IMG/VR virus record: IMGVR_UViG_3300036851_000534
Location: 1-63,946 of that record
Length of the DNA stretch: 63,946 nt
Direction: 5' to 3' (one strand)
Source: a virus
Lineage: Duplodnaviria; Caudoviricetes
Below the pieces are notes generated by a model, which saw only the letters and a program-made list of their open reading frames with translations, made no database searches and was not told the DNA's origin. Every line of letters starts with the position of its first letter. Position 1 is the stretch's first letter. Shown one piece after another: positions 8,356 through 18,033 of the stretch. The position numbers and the translations under genes are program-made.

Positions 8356-9712
8356 GTTCGTGCGGCAAGCTTGGCCTCACGTCGATCCCGATCCCTTTAT
8401 CGACGGCTGGCACCTGGAGGCGATCTGCGCGCACCTGGAGGCCGTGAGCCGGGGTGAGATCCGCAACCTCGTCGTCAACATCCCGCCCCGAACCGGGAAA
8501 TCGACCCTGGTCTCGGTCCTCTGGCCCTGCTGGGAATGGATCGATCACCCGGAGGTCCGCTGGCTCAATTCCTCGTATGCCCAGAACCTCTCCATCCGTG
8601 ACAGCGTGAAGTGCCGGCGCCTCCTGCTCTCGTCCTGGTATCAGGAGCGATGGGGCGACCGCTTTACTCTGATGGGCGATCAGAATGCCAAGGTCCGCTT
8701 CGATAACTCCGAAGGCGGCTACCGCCTCGCGACCTCCGTCGGCGGTCAGATTACCGGAGAAGGCGGCGACCGCCTGGTGGTGGACGATCCCCACAACGTG
8801 ATGGAGGCCGAGTCGGACGTGCAGCGCAAGGAGGTCCTCGACTGGTGGGATGCCGCGATGAGCACGCGCGGCAACAATCCCCGTACCGTCGCCCGGGTGA
8901 TCGTCGCGCAGCGGGTTCATGAGGCCGATCTCTGCGGCCACGTCCTCGCCAAGGGGACCTATGAGCACCTCTGCTTGCCGGCCGAGTATGAGCCGGAGCA
9001 TCCGTTCCGGCGCGTAACCTGTATCGGCTATGAAGATCCCCGCCGCAGCGAGGGGGAACTGCTCTGCCCGGAGCGGTTCGGGCCGGCGGAGATCGAGCGC
9101 ATTCGCCTGGACCTGACCCCGCTTCGAGCGGCCGGACAACTCCAACAGAGGCCGGCGCCGCGCGAAGGCGCGATGTTCAAACTGGAATGGATGCGGTCCA
9201 TTCCGGCCCTGCCCGCCGAAGCGCAACGGGTCCGAGCGTGGGACCTGGCCGCCGCAGACGGGCAGAAGAACGATTTTACCGCTGGCGTCAAGATGGCGAA
9301 GACGCCGGAGGGGCTCTATGTGATCGAAGATCTGGTGCTGGGCCGGTGGACGCCGGATGCCCGTGATCGGATCATTGTCAATACTGCCGAGAAGGATGGC
9401 CTCGATTGCGCGGTCTGGATCGAGCAGGAACCCGGCTCCGGCGGCATCGCCCAGGTGGCGGCGCTCGTGCAGCGTCTCGCGCCGGCCGCCGGCCGCGGGG
9501 AGCGGACGACGGGCGAGAAAACGACGCGCGCCGATCCGCTGGCGGCGCAATTTGAAGCCGGTAACGTCCGGATCTTCAAAGATATGCAGAACCGTGAGGC
9601 TCTCGAAGGCCAACTCTCCCAGTTCCCTGCCGGCGCCCATGATGATGCCGTTGATGCCTGTGCCCTCGCGTTCCTGAAACTCGCCGGGAAGCGGGAGATG
9701 ACGGTTTACTGA
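8282..9712 (+). CDS. terL: Terminase large subunit (start approximate)
   Basis: Walker A PPRTGKS, Walker B LVVDDPH, nuclease WDLA...D...HDDAVDA. Confidence 0.93.
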   Translation: MTSSGNLPRLLETVETELARRSLHEFVRQAWPHVDPDPFIDGWHLEAICAHLEAVSRGEIRNLVVNIPPRTGKSTLVSVLWPCWEWIDHPEVRWLNSSYAQNLSIRDSVKCRRLLLSSWYQERWGDRFTLMGDQNAKVRFDNSEGGYRLATSVGGQITGEGGDRLVVDDPHNVMEAESDVQRKEVLDWWDAAMSTRGNNPRTVARVIVAQRVHEADLCGHVLAKGTYEHLCLPAEYEPEHPFRRVTCIGYEDPRRSEGELLCPERFGPAEIERIRLDLTPLRAAGQLQQRPAPREGAMFKLEWMRSIPALPAEAQRVRAWDLAAADGQKNDFTAGVKMAKTPEGLYVIEDLVLGRWTPDARDRIIVNTAEKDGLDCAVWIEQEPGSGGIAQVAALVQRLAPAAGRGERTTGEKTTRADPLAAQFEAGNVRIFKDMQNREALEGQLSQFPAGAHDDAVDACALAFLKLAGKREMTVY

Positions 9713-9924
9713 TGCCTGCCCGTGAAGGCTGGATCATCGGCGGGGCGCTCCTCTTCCTGCTCTTTGTCGGCGGTCTCCTGCTGCCAGTCGTGTTTTCGCC
9801 CATGAGCCCGATGGAACTGCTGCTCTATGGCCTCGCTTTTGCCGGCGGCGCGTTCGCGTTTGGCCTGGGATTGCTGTTCCTGTGCGCGGCCTGGCTCTGG
9901 CTGCTTGGCAGCCGGTCGTCCTAA
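9712..9924 (+). CDS. Small two-TM membrane protein
   Basis: Two hydrophobic stretches; TGATG coupling. Confidence 0.6.
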   Translation: MPAREGWIIGGALLFLLFVGGLLLPVVFSPMSPMELLLYGLAFAGGAFAFGLGLLFLCAAWLWLLGSRSS

Positions 9925-10004
9925 TGGGCCTCGTGGACGCGGTAACGCTCGCGTTCTTTCTCCTTGCGGTTGCTTATCTCGCCTGGGTCCACTTTCACCA
10001 ATGA
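9924..10004 (+). CDS. 26-aa hydrophobic peptide
   Basis: MGLVDAVTLAFFLLAVAYLAWVHFHQ; TAATG coupling. Confidence 0.45.
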   Translation: MGLVDAVTLAFFLLAVAYLAWVHFHQ

Positions 10005-10056
10005 TGGAGTTCTGTCTCGTTGCCGCGCTCCTCCTGATCTGCAAGGGGATCTCGCT

Positions 10057-11424
10057 GTGCCGGTGATCAGCCGCATCCGCGAGGGCTGGAAAGCCTTTCG
10101 CTTCCCCGGCTCTTCCGGCGGTGGCCAGCCATGGGGCAGTGCGACATGGTTCGGCGGCCTCTTTCCGATCCTGCCGAGCACCCGGTACGACTACCGGCGC
10201 GAGGCCGGCGCGCTTTACCTCAACGGCACCGTCTGGTCGGCGATTCAGTGGCTCTGTCGCACCTGGCATGAGGCGCCCAGCACCGTCTATCGGCCGGCCG
10301 CCGGCGGCGAGGAGGAAGCGATCCGGCCGCATCCGCTAACCGAACTCCTGGCGAATCCGAATCGCTGGTATGATGCGAGCGTGCTCTGGATGGGGACGCT
10401 CCTTTCCTTCGAGACGGACGGCAACGCCTATTGGTACATCGAGACCTCCGGCGCCGGGGTCCCGGTCGAGCTGATTTACCTGCCCCATTACCTGATCGAG
10501 CCGCTCTGGCCGAAGGACGGCAGCGCCTACCGCTCCGGTTACGCCTATCGCGTCGATGGCAAGACGACAATCCTTAAGCCCGAGCAAGTGCTCCATTTCC
10601 AGAATGGCTTCGATCCGGCGAATCTCCGCAAGGGTCTCTCGCCGTTGGCCGCCGAGCTGCGCTCGATCTGCACCGACAACGAGGCGCAGAGCTATTCCGC
10701 CGCGCTGCTGCGGAATATGGGCGTGCCGGGCGTGGTGATCACGCCGAAGGATCCCAACGTCAGCATCCCGCCGGCGGTCGCCGAGCAGATGAAGGCGCTC
10801 TTCCGCGAGCGTGTGCAGGGAGACAACCGAGGCGAGCCGCTTATCCCATCGATGGCGGTCGAGATTACCAATCCGGGGTTTTCCCCCGAGCAGCTCGCCC
10901 TCGACAAGATCTCCCGCCTGCCGGTGCCGCGGATCTGCGCGGCGCTTGGAATCGATCCGATGGTCCTGGGACTGCCGGCGGAGAACAAGACGTACGCGAA
11001 TCTGGACGCGGCGATGGAGGGGACCTATGAACGGACCCTCATGCCGCTCCAGCGGCTCTTCGACAGCCAACTCAATCGGCAACTGCTGCCCCGGATGCCG
11101 GGGGCGCGGTTCGGAGATCGGCTCGGACGGGATTACTCGAAAGTCCGCGCGCTCCAGGAAGATGCCGATAAGCTCCACGCCCGGCTGACCCGGGCGGTAG
11201 GCGGGCCCTGGATGACGCCCGATGAGGCCCGGGCGCAGCTTGGGCTTGATCCTATCCCCGGCGGCGATACCCTCTATCCACAAAGCAGCAGCAGGACGCC
11301 CGGAGGGGAAACAGACTCCGGGGGCGTAACGCTGCGCGCGGCATCACTGGCGAAGGCGCAGCTCGTCGAGCGTTGGCGGGAGCGGCGGCTGCTGGCGGAG
11401 CGAAATGGGCATGGGGAGGGGTAG
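10057..11424 (+). CDS. Portal protein (HK97 family; start approximate)
   Basis: HPL..LL.NPN, DGNAYW, VLHF, GLSPL, ICAALGIDP, TYAN, MTPDEAR. Confidence 0.92.
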   Translation: MPVISRIREGWKAFRFPGSSGGGQPWGSATWFGGLFPILPSTRYDYRREAGALYLNGTVWSAIQWLCRTWHEAPSTVYRPAAGGEEEAIRPHPLTELLANPNRWYDASVLWMGTLLSFETDGNAYWYIETSGAGVPVELIYLPHYLIEPLWPKDGSAYRSGYAYRVDGKTTILKPEQVLHFQNGFDPANLRKGLSPLAAELRSICTDNEAQSYSAALLRNMGVPGVVITPKDPNVSIPPAVAEQMKALFRERVQGDNRGEPLIPSMAVEITNPGFSPEQLALDKISRLPVPRICAALGIDPMVLGLPAENKTYANLDAAMEGTYERTLMPLQRLFDSQLNRQLLPRMPGARFGDRLGRDYSKVRALQEDADKLHARLTRAVGGPWMTPDEARAQLGLDPIPGGDTLYPQSSSRTPGGETDSGGVTLRAASLAKAQLVERWRERRLLAERNGHGEG

Positions 11425-11456
11425 GGAAGGCCCGGGAGGCCGGCAAACCTGACAGT

Positions 11457-12671
11457 ATGCGATCCCCTGCTTCGCCCAGACTCCCCCTTGAGTTTCCCGG
11501 TGGCCCGCAGCTCACCCTCTTGCAGGGCGATTGCCGGGAAGTGCTGGCCGGATTGCCCGAGCAGAGCGTTCATTGCGTGATCACCTCGCCTCCCTACTGG
11601 GGGCTAAGGGACTATGGGGTGGACGGGCAGATCGGACTGGAGGCGTCTCTGGAGACGTTCATCGAGGAGATGGTCGGGGTTTTCAGGAAGGTGTGGCGGG
11701 TGCTGCGCGATGACGGAACGTGCTGGATGAACCTGGGCGATGCGTATGCGGGCAGCACGCACTCAGGTGGAAGTCCGGCAGGGCGCTGTGACGGTGGCAC
11801 GCGCCGGCTTGAGGCACAGCGCGAAGCTAATCGCCACATTCGCATGACGACGCCGGCCGGCCTCAAGGCGAAGGACCTCTGCGGTGTGCCGTGGCGGGTG
11901 GCGCTGGCGCTTCAGGCGGATGGCTGGTATCTGCGGAGTGACATTATCTGGTCGAAGCCGAACCCGATGCCGGAGAGTGTGACGGATCGGCCTACGAAGA
12001 GCCACGAGTATCTTTTTCTCCTCTCCAAGCAAGCGCGCTACTACTACGATGCTGACGCGGTGCGGGAGGCGCATACAGCACCCGAGAGGCAAGGGAAGCC
12101 GAACAGCGGCTGGGACTTCGGGGCCGACCGCCGCCAGGATACCCACCTCCTGCAATACCACCCCCTCGGCCGTAACCGCCGCACGGTCTGGACGATCACG
12201 CCCCAGCCGTTCCCCGGCGCCCACTTCGCCACCTTCCCCGAGGCCCTCGTGCGCCCCTGCCTGCTGGCGGGAACGAGCGCCAGGGGGGTTTGTGGCCGGT
12301 GCGGCAGTCCCTACCGGCGGGTGGTGGAGCGGGGGGAGCCGGTGCGAATCGGGGGCAACGCCGGCGTCTCCGTAGGACATGCCGATGGGCCGATGGATCG
12401 CAACGGCAACGGCCAGTGGGATGAGGGGCACATGCCGATGGTGCGGCCGACGACGACCACCGGCTGGCAGCCCTCCTGCACCTGCGAGGCCGGCGAGCCG
12501 GTCCCTGCCACTTGCCTGGATCCATTTGCCGGCGCGGGGACTGTCTCCCTCGTCGCGGCCAAGCATGGTCGCTCCTCCATCGCCATCGAGCTGAACCCGG
12601 ATTACCTGGACCTGGCCCGCGAGCGCCTGGAGCCGTGGCTGGGGATACCGGAACCTGTAAACGGTGCATGA
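11457..12671 (+). CDS. N4/N6 DNA methyltransferase
   Basis: ITSPPYWGLRDY, IIWSKPNPMPES, HFATFP, DPFAGAGT. Confidence 0.92.
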   Translation: MRSPASPRLPLEFPGGPQLTLLQGDCREVLAGLPEQSVHCVITSPPYWGLRDYGVDGQIGLEASLETFIEEMVGVFRKVWRVLRDDGTCWMNLGDAYAGSTHSGGSPAGRCDGGTRRLEAQREANRHIRMTTPAGLKAKDLCGVPWRVALALQADGWYLRSDIIWSKPNPMPESVTDRPTKSHEYLFLLSKQARYYYDADAVREAHTAPERQGKPNSGWDFGADRRQDTHLLQYHPLGRNRRTVWTITPQPFPGAHFATFPEALVRPCLLAGTSARGVCGRCGSPYRRVVERGEPVRIGGNAGVSVGHADGPMDRNGNGQWDEGHMPMVRPTTTTGWQPSCTCEAGEPVPATCLDPFAGAGTVSLVAAKHGRSSIAIELNPDYLDLARERLEPWLGIPEPVNGA

Positions 12672-13260
12672 CGCCTTCCTCGCGCTCCATGCCGACACCT
12701 CCGCCGAGGCCCGCGCCCTCGTCGCGCAGGTCGCTGCCGGGGAGATCGGCCCCCGGCAGTTCGGAGAGCTGTTCGCGGCGCTCCTGGAGGAAGCGCACAC
12801 CGAGGCGGTCGTCCTCGGCCGGAGTCACGCCGGCGACACCGCGCCTCTCGAGGCCGATGATCGCCGCTTCGCTGCCGCCGTGATGGATCATGAGGCAGCG
12901 TTCTTGGCCGGGTTCGTCCGCGATCTGGAGGATGACCGCTACCTGGACGCGGAGGGCAGCTTCCGGATCGAGGCGGCAGCGCAACGAGCCGGCATGTACG
13001 TCGGCCGGCTGACCGGCACCGCCAATGAGGCATGGGGGCTGACCCTGCCGCCGGAGACGACGTTGCTCTACTGGACGCTCGGCGCCAATGACGACCGCAA
13101 CTGCCCGGACTGTCCGGCGCTCGAGAGCCGTAGTCCCTACCGGCCGGAGGAGATGCCCACCTGGCCGGGACGCAGCGAGACGCAGTGCCTGAGCCGGTGC
13201 CGATGTTCGGTGCATACGGCTGCCGGCCAGACAGGCTTTAGTGTTCCTGAAGGAGTGTGA
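12664..13260 (+). CDS. Head morphogenesis (MuF/gp7-like) protein
   Basis: Position after the portal; C-terminal W...CPDC...PY...PG...CxxxCRC. Confidence 0.6.
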   Translation: MHDAFLALHADTSAEARALVAQVAAGEIGPRQFGELFAALLEEAHTEAVVLGRSHAGDTAPLEADDRRFAAAVMDHEAAFLAGFVRDLEDDRYLDAEGSFRIEAAAQRAGMYVGRLTGTANEAWGLTLPPETTLLYWTLGANDDRNCPDCPALESRSPYRPEEMPTWPGRSETQCLSRCRCSVHTAAGQTGFSVPEGV

Positions 13261-13263
13261 CGG

Positions 13264-13515
13264 ATGGGGCAGCGCGTCAAAGTCTTGCGAGTTACGCCGG
13301 AGTTCATCGCCGACCTCTTTCGTCCCGGGATCCATCGCTTCGAGGTGCGGGCCGAGGGCGTCCCGGAGAACGCGGCCATCGTGAGCTGCGACTGGGATGG
13401 CAAGCGAAACGTCTTCCTGATCATGATCTCGCATCCGAGCTTTCCGGAGACGGAGAACACCGACATCTTGCCCCAGATCGCTCCCGTCTGCTTCGCTCTT
13501 CCGAGAGGAGCCTGA
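13264..13515 (+). CDS. Hypothetical protein
   Basis: 83 aa with AAGGAG SD, fills the gap. Confidence 0.55.
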   Translation: MGQRVKVLRVTPEFIADLFRPGIHRFEVRAEGVPENAAIVSCDWDGKRNVFLIMISHPSFPETENTDILPQIAPVCFALPRGA

Positions 13516-13517
13516 TC

Positions 13518-14549
13518 GTGGACCTCCAACGCAAAACCTGCGATCTCGCGCAGTTCAAGCTCTCCGAGGAGGGTACAGGTTCCTTTGCCGGCCATGCCTC
13601 GGTCTTCAACGTCCTGGATCGGCAGGGAGAAATCGTGCAGCCGGGCGCCTTCGCCGGCACGCTCGAGCAGTTCGAGGCGACGGGTTTCGTCGCCATCGCG
13701 CATGATTGGGACGCCCTCCCGGTCGCCTCGATCAAACGCTGTCGGGAGGATGAGAAGGGACTCTGGATCGAAGCGGAGTTCCATTCGACCCCGGAAGCGC
13801 AGGGTTGCCGGACCTACGTCCGGGAGCGCCTGGGTCGCGGCAAGACAGTGCCGCTCTCAATCGGCTACTGGGTGCGGGACAGCCAGCCGACGAAGGAGGG
13901 GTTACTCCTCAAGCAGTTGGATCTCGCGGAGGTAAGTATCGTGACCGTTCCCGCCAATCCGCAGGCCGGCGCGGCGCGCGCCAAGACCGCCGGGACGAAA
14001 GCCCAATACCTCGGCGAGTATGCCGAGATGGACATGACCTGGCAGGTGCTCCACTCGCTCGGCTATAGCCTCCAGGACGCCCTTTATGCCTGCCTGTTCG
14101 GCGCCGAAGGCATGCGCGAGGAGAAGCTCGCCCGCGTGGATGATTGCTTGGCCGAATATCATCAACTCGTTTTGAAGGCGATTACCGCTCTTTATCCTGA
14201 AGACGGCGCGGAGACCGAGGCGCTGGCCGCCGAGGTAAAAGCCGCCTGGAACCTGTCCGATTCCTCCGACCCGCCGGCCGGGAAGGAGTTCGACCGCCAG
14301 ATTGACGAGGCGCATGCCGCGCTCGTCGATCTCATCACGCGCAGCCGCGAGATTGCCGTCATGCGCGCCAAATCGGGGAGGACGCTCTCCGCCGCGCGCC
14401 GCGAGGATCTCGCCGCGCTTCATACGGCCCTGGGCCTCCTCCTCGTGGAAGTCGCGCCCCGGGCCTCGGAAGCGGAGCGGCGCGCCGCCGAACTCGACTT
14501 CCTGCGCCGGAAGCACCGGCTCAGGGCAGGAGATTCCCCATGGACCTGA
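13518..14549 (+). CDS. HK97-type prohead protease with C-terminal extension
   Basis: FAGHASVFN..D...E...PGAF, AHDW, GLWIEA, LSIGY, EVSIVTVPAN. Confidence 0.88.
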   Translation: MDLQRKTCDLAQFKLSEEGTGSFAGHASVFNVLDRQGEIVQPGAFAGTLEQFEATGFVAIAHDWDALPVASIKRCREDEKGLWIEAEFHSTPEAQGCRTYVRERLGRGKTVPLSIGYWVRDSQPTKEGLLLKQLDLAEVSIVTVPANPQAGAARAKTAGTKAQYLGEYAEMDMTWQVLHSLGYSLQDALYACLFGAEGMREEKLARVDDCLAEYHQLVLKAITALYPEDGAETEALAAEVKAAWNLSDSSDPPAGKEFDRQIDEAHAALVDLITRSREIAVMRAKSGRTLSAARREDLAALHTALGLLLVEVAPRASEAERRAAELDFLRRKHRLRAGDSPWT

Positions 14550-15943
14550 AAGCCTTGCTCGAACAGTTCGAGCAGAAGCAGAATGAACAGAAGGCCCTCC
14601 TGGAGAAAAAGGAGGGCCTTTCCGCGGAAGAGATTTCCACCGTTAAAGCCCTCGACGGCGAACTCGACGTGCTCGAGGGTCAAATCAAGGAACTCAAAAG
14701 CGTCGCTGACCTCCAGGCCAAATCGACCCGGCGCGAGCAGTGGTTGACGACGCCCGGAAACGCGCTGCCGCTGCCTTCGGGCTCCGGGGTGCCAGAGAAC
14801 AAGGGCGGCAGCCTCGCCCCCAGCTTCGCGATCCCTCGCCGGGGCAAGGCGAAGTTCTTCAAAGCCTATGACGACGGCCAGGGCACGAGGCGGAGCGCCG
14901 AGGAGATGGCGTTTCGCTTCGGGATGTGGGCGCTCGGTTTCGCCTCCGCCCGGCCCAACTCGCACTGCATGAAGTGGTGCGAGGAACATGGCGTCAAGGT
15001 CATGTATGAGGGCTGGAACGAGTCGGGCGGCGCGCTTGTCCCCGAGGAGTTTGAACAGACCCTCATCGACCTCCGCGAGCAATATGGCGTCTTCCGCCAG
15101 TACGCGGATATCGTGCCGATGGGCCGCGATACCAAGCTCATCCCGCGCCGGACGGGCGGCGTTACCGTCTATGCGGTGGCGGAAGGAGCCGCGATCACGG
15201 CGAGCGACCTGGCGTTTGATTTCGTGCAGCTCGTCGCCAAGAAGTTCGCGGCGCTCGGCAAGCTCTCTTCCGAGCTGAATGAAGACTCGATCCTCGACTT
15301 CGGCGACCGTCTCGCTCAAGAGATGGCCTACGGATTCGCCAAGAAGGAGGACGAGTGCGGATTTATTGGCGACGGGACGCAGACCTATCACAATATCGTG
15401 GGGGTTACCCGCGCCCTTACGGCCCTCTCCGGCACGATTGCCAACATCGCCGGCCTCGTCGTCGCCGCCGGGAACGTCTTTAGCGCCTTTACCCTCGCGA
15501 ACCACGAGAGTGTGGTTGCCCGGCTCCCCCAGTATGCGGACACCGCGAACGCCCGCTGGTACTGCCACCGGACCTACTACTTCGAGACGATGATGCGCCT
15601 GGCGCTCGCGGCCGGCGGCACCACCGCGGCGGAGGTTATTGCCGGCACCCGGGAGTTCCGCTTCCTGGGCTATCCGGTCACGATCACCCAGACCATGCCC
15701 AAAACGGATGCGAACTCGCAGGTGGCCTGTCTCCTCGGAGATCTCCGCCTGGCGGCGGCTCTTGGCGATCGGCGCGAGAACCGGATCGCGATGAGTGAGC
15801 ACAGCGATTTCGCCAACGATCTCATCGCGGTGCGCGGCACGACGCGGCTCGATATCAACGTGCATGACGTGGGCAACGCTTCCGCCACGGCCGCAGATCG
15901 GGAAGCCGGCCCGATCGTCGGTTTGATCTCTGCGGCGGCGTAA
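14540..15943 (+). CDS. Major capsid protein (HK97 fold)
   Basis: Coiled-coil delta domain, GGALVPEE, VAEG, SSELxEDS, GDG, LGYPV, LLGDL. Confidence 0.92.
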   Translation: MDLKALLEQFEQKQNEQKALLEKKEGLSAEEISTVKALDGELDVLEGQIKELKSVADLQAKSTRREQWLTTPGNALPLPSGSGVPENKGGSLAPSFAIPRRGKAKFFKAYDDGQGTRRSAEEMAFRFGMWALGFASARPNSHCMKWCEEHGVKVMYEGWNESGGALVPEEFEQTLIDLREQYGVFRQYADIVPMGRDTKLIPRRTGGVTVYAVAEGAAITASDLAFDFVQLVAKKFAALGKLSSELNEDSILDFGDRLAQEMAYGFAKKEDECGFIGDGTQTYHNIVGVTRALTALSGTIANIAGLVVAAGNVFSAFTLANHESVVARLPQYADTANARWYCHRTYYFETMMRLALAAGGTTAAEVIAGTREFRFLGYPVTITQTMPKTDANSQVACLLGDLRLAAALGDRRENRIAMSEHSDFANDLIAVRGTTRLDINVHDVGNASATAADREAGPIVGLISAAA

Positions 15944-15950
15944 GGAGGAC

Positions 15951-16397
15951 ATGATGCAGAAACAGCTTGCTGAAAAACTGGTCTGGATCATCAACGTTCC
16001 GGCCGCGGCGGTCAATGCAGCGGCGTTCACGACTGCCTCGGTCGATCTCCGGGGCTGGGGTCACTGCTCGGTCTATTTCCGACTGGGTGCGATTGGCGCC
16101 GCCGCGATGACGGTCCTAAGGATCCAGGAATCGGACGACGATTCGAGCTACGCGACCGTTACCGGCCTGGACTGTTCCGGCTCGACGGGCGAGGGGCGCC
16201 TCCCCCAGGCGACCGACGACGACAAGACCTTCGCCTTCCACTTCCCGACCACGGGAAGGAAGCGTTACATCGATCTGAACGCGACGGCTGGCGCCGCCGA
16301 TACCTGGGCCGTCGCCTATGCGGTGCTCTCGCGCGGCAAGGAGGCGCCGAACACCTCTGCCGAGCGAGGCGTCGACTCGGCCCTGCATCTGCCGTAA
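15951..16397 (+). CDS. Probable capsid-associated/decoration protein
   Basis: Follows the MCP, AAGGAGG SD, terminator downstream; beta-rich with KRYI. Confidence 0.55.
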   Translation: MMQKQLAEKLVWIINVPAAAVNAAAFTTASVDLRGWGHCSVYFRLGAIGAAAMTVLRIQESDDDSSYATVTGLDCSGSTGEGRLPQATDDDKTFAFHFPTTGRKRYIDLNATAGAADTWAVAYAVLSRGKEAPNTSAERGVDSALHLP

Positions 16398-16413
16398 GGA
16401 GTACTCACTGATG

Positions 16414-16444
16414 AGGGGGCCGGCAAGCGTGCCGGCCCCCTTTT
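16414..16444 (+). terminator. Intrinsic terminator
   Basis: GGGGGCCGGCA-agcg-TGCCGGCCCCC-TTTT. Confidence 0.8.
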
Positions 16445-16464
16445 GCTCTCTACGGGAGTTCCCC

Positions 16465-17433
16465 ATGCCGATTTTCGAGGATCCCCTGGTCGTCAAGCAG
16501 GCATATATGGAGCTATCGGGCTCCAATATCGAGGCTCCGGCGCCGCTTCGCAAGGCGAGGATCTGGTACGACGACGCGAACGCGGTCCTGAAGTTTTCGG
16601 TCAACGGCGGCGCCTTTAGCGAGAACCCGGGGGCGCTGTCGCTTCAGGATCTCACGGCGCATGTGCTGACCACCGCGCCAACGGCTTCGGGGGCGGCGGC
16701 GGTGCTGCGTCTCGATACCGGCACGTTCGCGGGCTCGGCGAACGGCACGATGCTCGGGATCAACCTGCATACGGGCACGGCGGATCTCCTCAACCTCCAG
16801 AAGGCGGGCGCGGATCGCTTCAAGGTCTCCGAGACCGGCATCGCCACCGTGATCAAGGCGGTGATCGGCGGTACGACGGCGGTGGGTCAGGCGACCATCA
16901 CCTCGACGGATGCGGCCATCGTCCCGCTCATCGTCCGCGCGGCAACCGCAAGCCCTACGGCGAACTGGTTCGAGATCCAGAACTCCGCCGGGACGCAAAC
17001 GCTCGTCAGCTTCGGCGGCTCCTCGCCCTTCTTCAACGTGGGCATTAACGCCTACGGATTTTTCTATGGCGGCCAGATTTCTACGCTCGTCCGGATGGGG
17101 GCCACCGCCGACACGACGACGGCCATTCCGATCTGCGCGAAAGGGATCGCCGGCCAGACCGCCGACCTGTTCCAGGCGCGCGCCTCGACGGATGCGGTGC
17201 TCTTTGCCATCGCGGCTGCCGGCCATCCGACGCTCGGCGAGGGAATCAACATCATTGCGGGCACTACCACCGGCACGAAGATCGGCACGGCGACCTCGCA
17301 GAAGCTCGGATTCTTCAACGCCACCCCGGTGATCCAGCAAACGCTTGCGGCCGCGGCGACTGACGCGGCCACCACGCAGACCCTCGCAAACTCGCTCCGC
17401 ACTGCGCTGATTAACCTGGGACTGGGAGCCTGA
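16465..17433 (+). CDS. Virion structural/fibre-like protein
   Basis: Ala/Gly/Thr-rich; GTKIGTATSQKLGFFNATPV. Confidence 0.55.
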   Translation: MPIFEDPLVVKQAYMELSGSNIEAPAPLRKARIWYDDANAVLKFSVNGGAFSENPGALSLQDLTAHVLTTAPTASGAAAVLRLDTGTFAGSANGTMLGINLHTGTADLLNLQKAGADRFKVSETGIATVIKAVIGGTTAVGQATITSTDAAIVPLIVRAATASPTANWFEIQNSAGTQTLVSFGGSSPFFNVGINAYGFFYGGQISTLVRMGATADTTTAIPICAKGIAGQTADLFQARASTDAVLFAIAAAGHPTLGEGINIIAGTTTGTKIGTATSQKLGFFNATPVIQQTLAAAATDAATTQTLANSLRTALINLGLGA

Positions 17434-17437
17434 TAGC

Positions 17438-18025
17438 ATGGCGGACAGCTACCTCGAAATCAACGGCCGGCTCGTAAAACTCATCGATCTGGGCGGAGAC
17501 CGGTTTGCCTGGGCGACGAGCGCGGCGGGTGGGGTCGGCAGCGCGGCGAGCCTGGTCGCCATCACGAGTAATGCCGTCGTCCAGGCGGCGGCCTATGCCC
17601 AGGAAGATCTCGTCGGCGGCAAACAGAGTTTCCTCAACGTCGTCGAGGCGGCCACCGGTCCCGGCATCATCCGGGGCATTTTGATCGGCGATCAGGCGAA
17701 GAACACCGCGGATAACTCGAAATACAACATCGTCTTCTTTGATGCCGATCCTACCGGCACGACGTTTACCGAGAATGCCCAGCTCGATGTGGCGGACGCG
17801 GACCTCTCGAAGATCTGCGGCGTCGCTTTCTTCGACGCGAGCAATGGGATTGGCCGGCAGTGCAACTTTGCCGACAACACCGTCTTTTACGGCGCCGTAA
17901 CGATTCCGTTTCAACTCCAGTCCGGCACGACCCTCTTCATGGCGATGATCGTCGAGGGCGCGACCGGGCCGACTTTTGTGGCAACGACCGATCTCTTCGT
18001 TCGGCTTCTCATCGAGCGGCTGTGA
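17438..18025 (+). CDS. Putative structural protein
   Basis: Operon position and composition. Confidence 0.5.
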   Translation: MADSYLEINGRLVKLIDLGGDRFAWATSAAGGVGSAASLVAITSNAVVQAAAYAQEDLVGGKQSFLNVVEAATGPGIIRGILIGDQAKNTADNSKYNIVFFDADPTGTTFTENAQLDVADADLSKICGVAFFDASNGIGRQCNFADNTVFYGAVTIPFQLQSGTTLFMAMIVEGATGPTFVATTDLFVRLLIERL

Positions 18026-18033
18026 GGGATTAG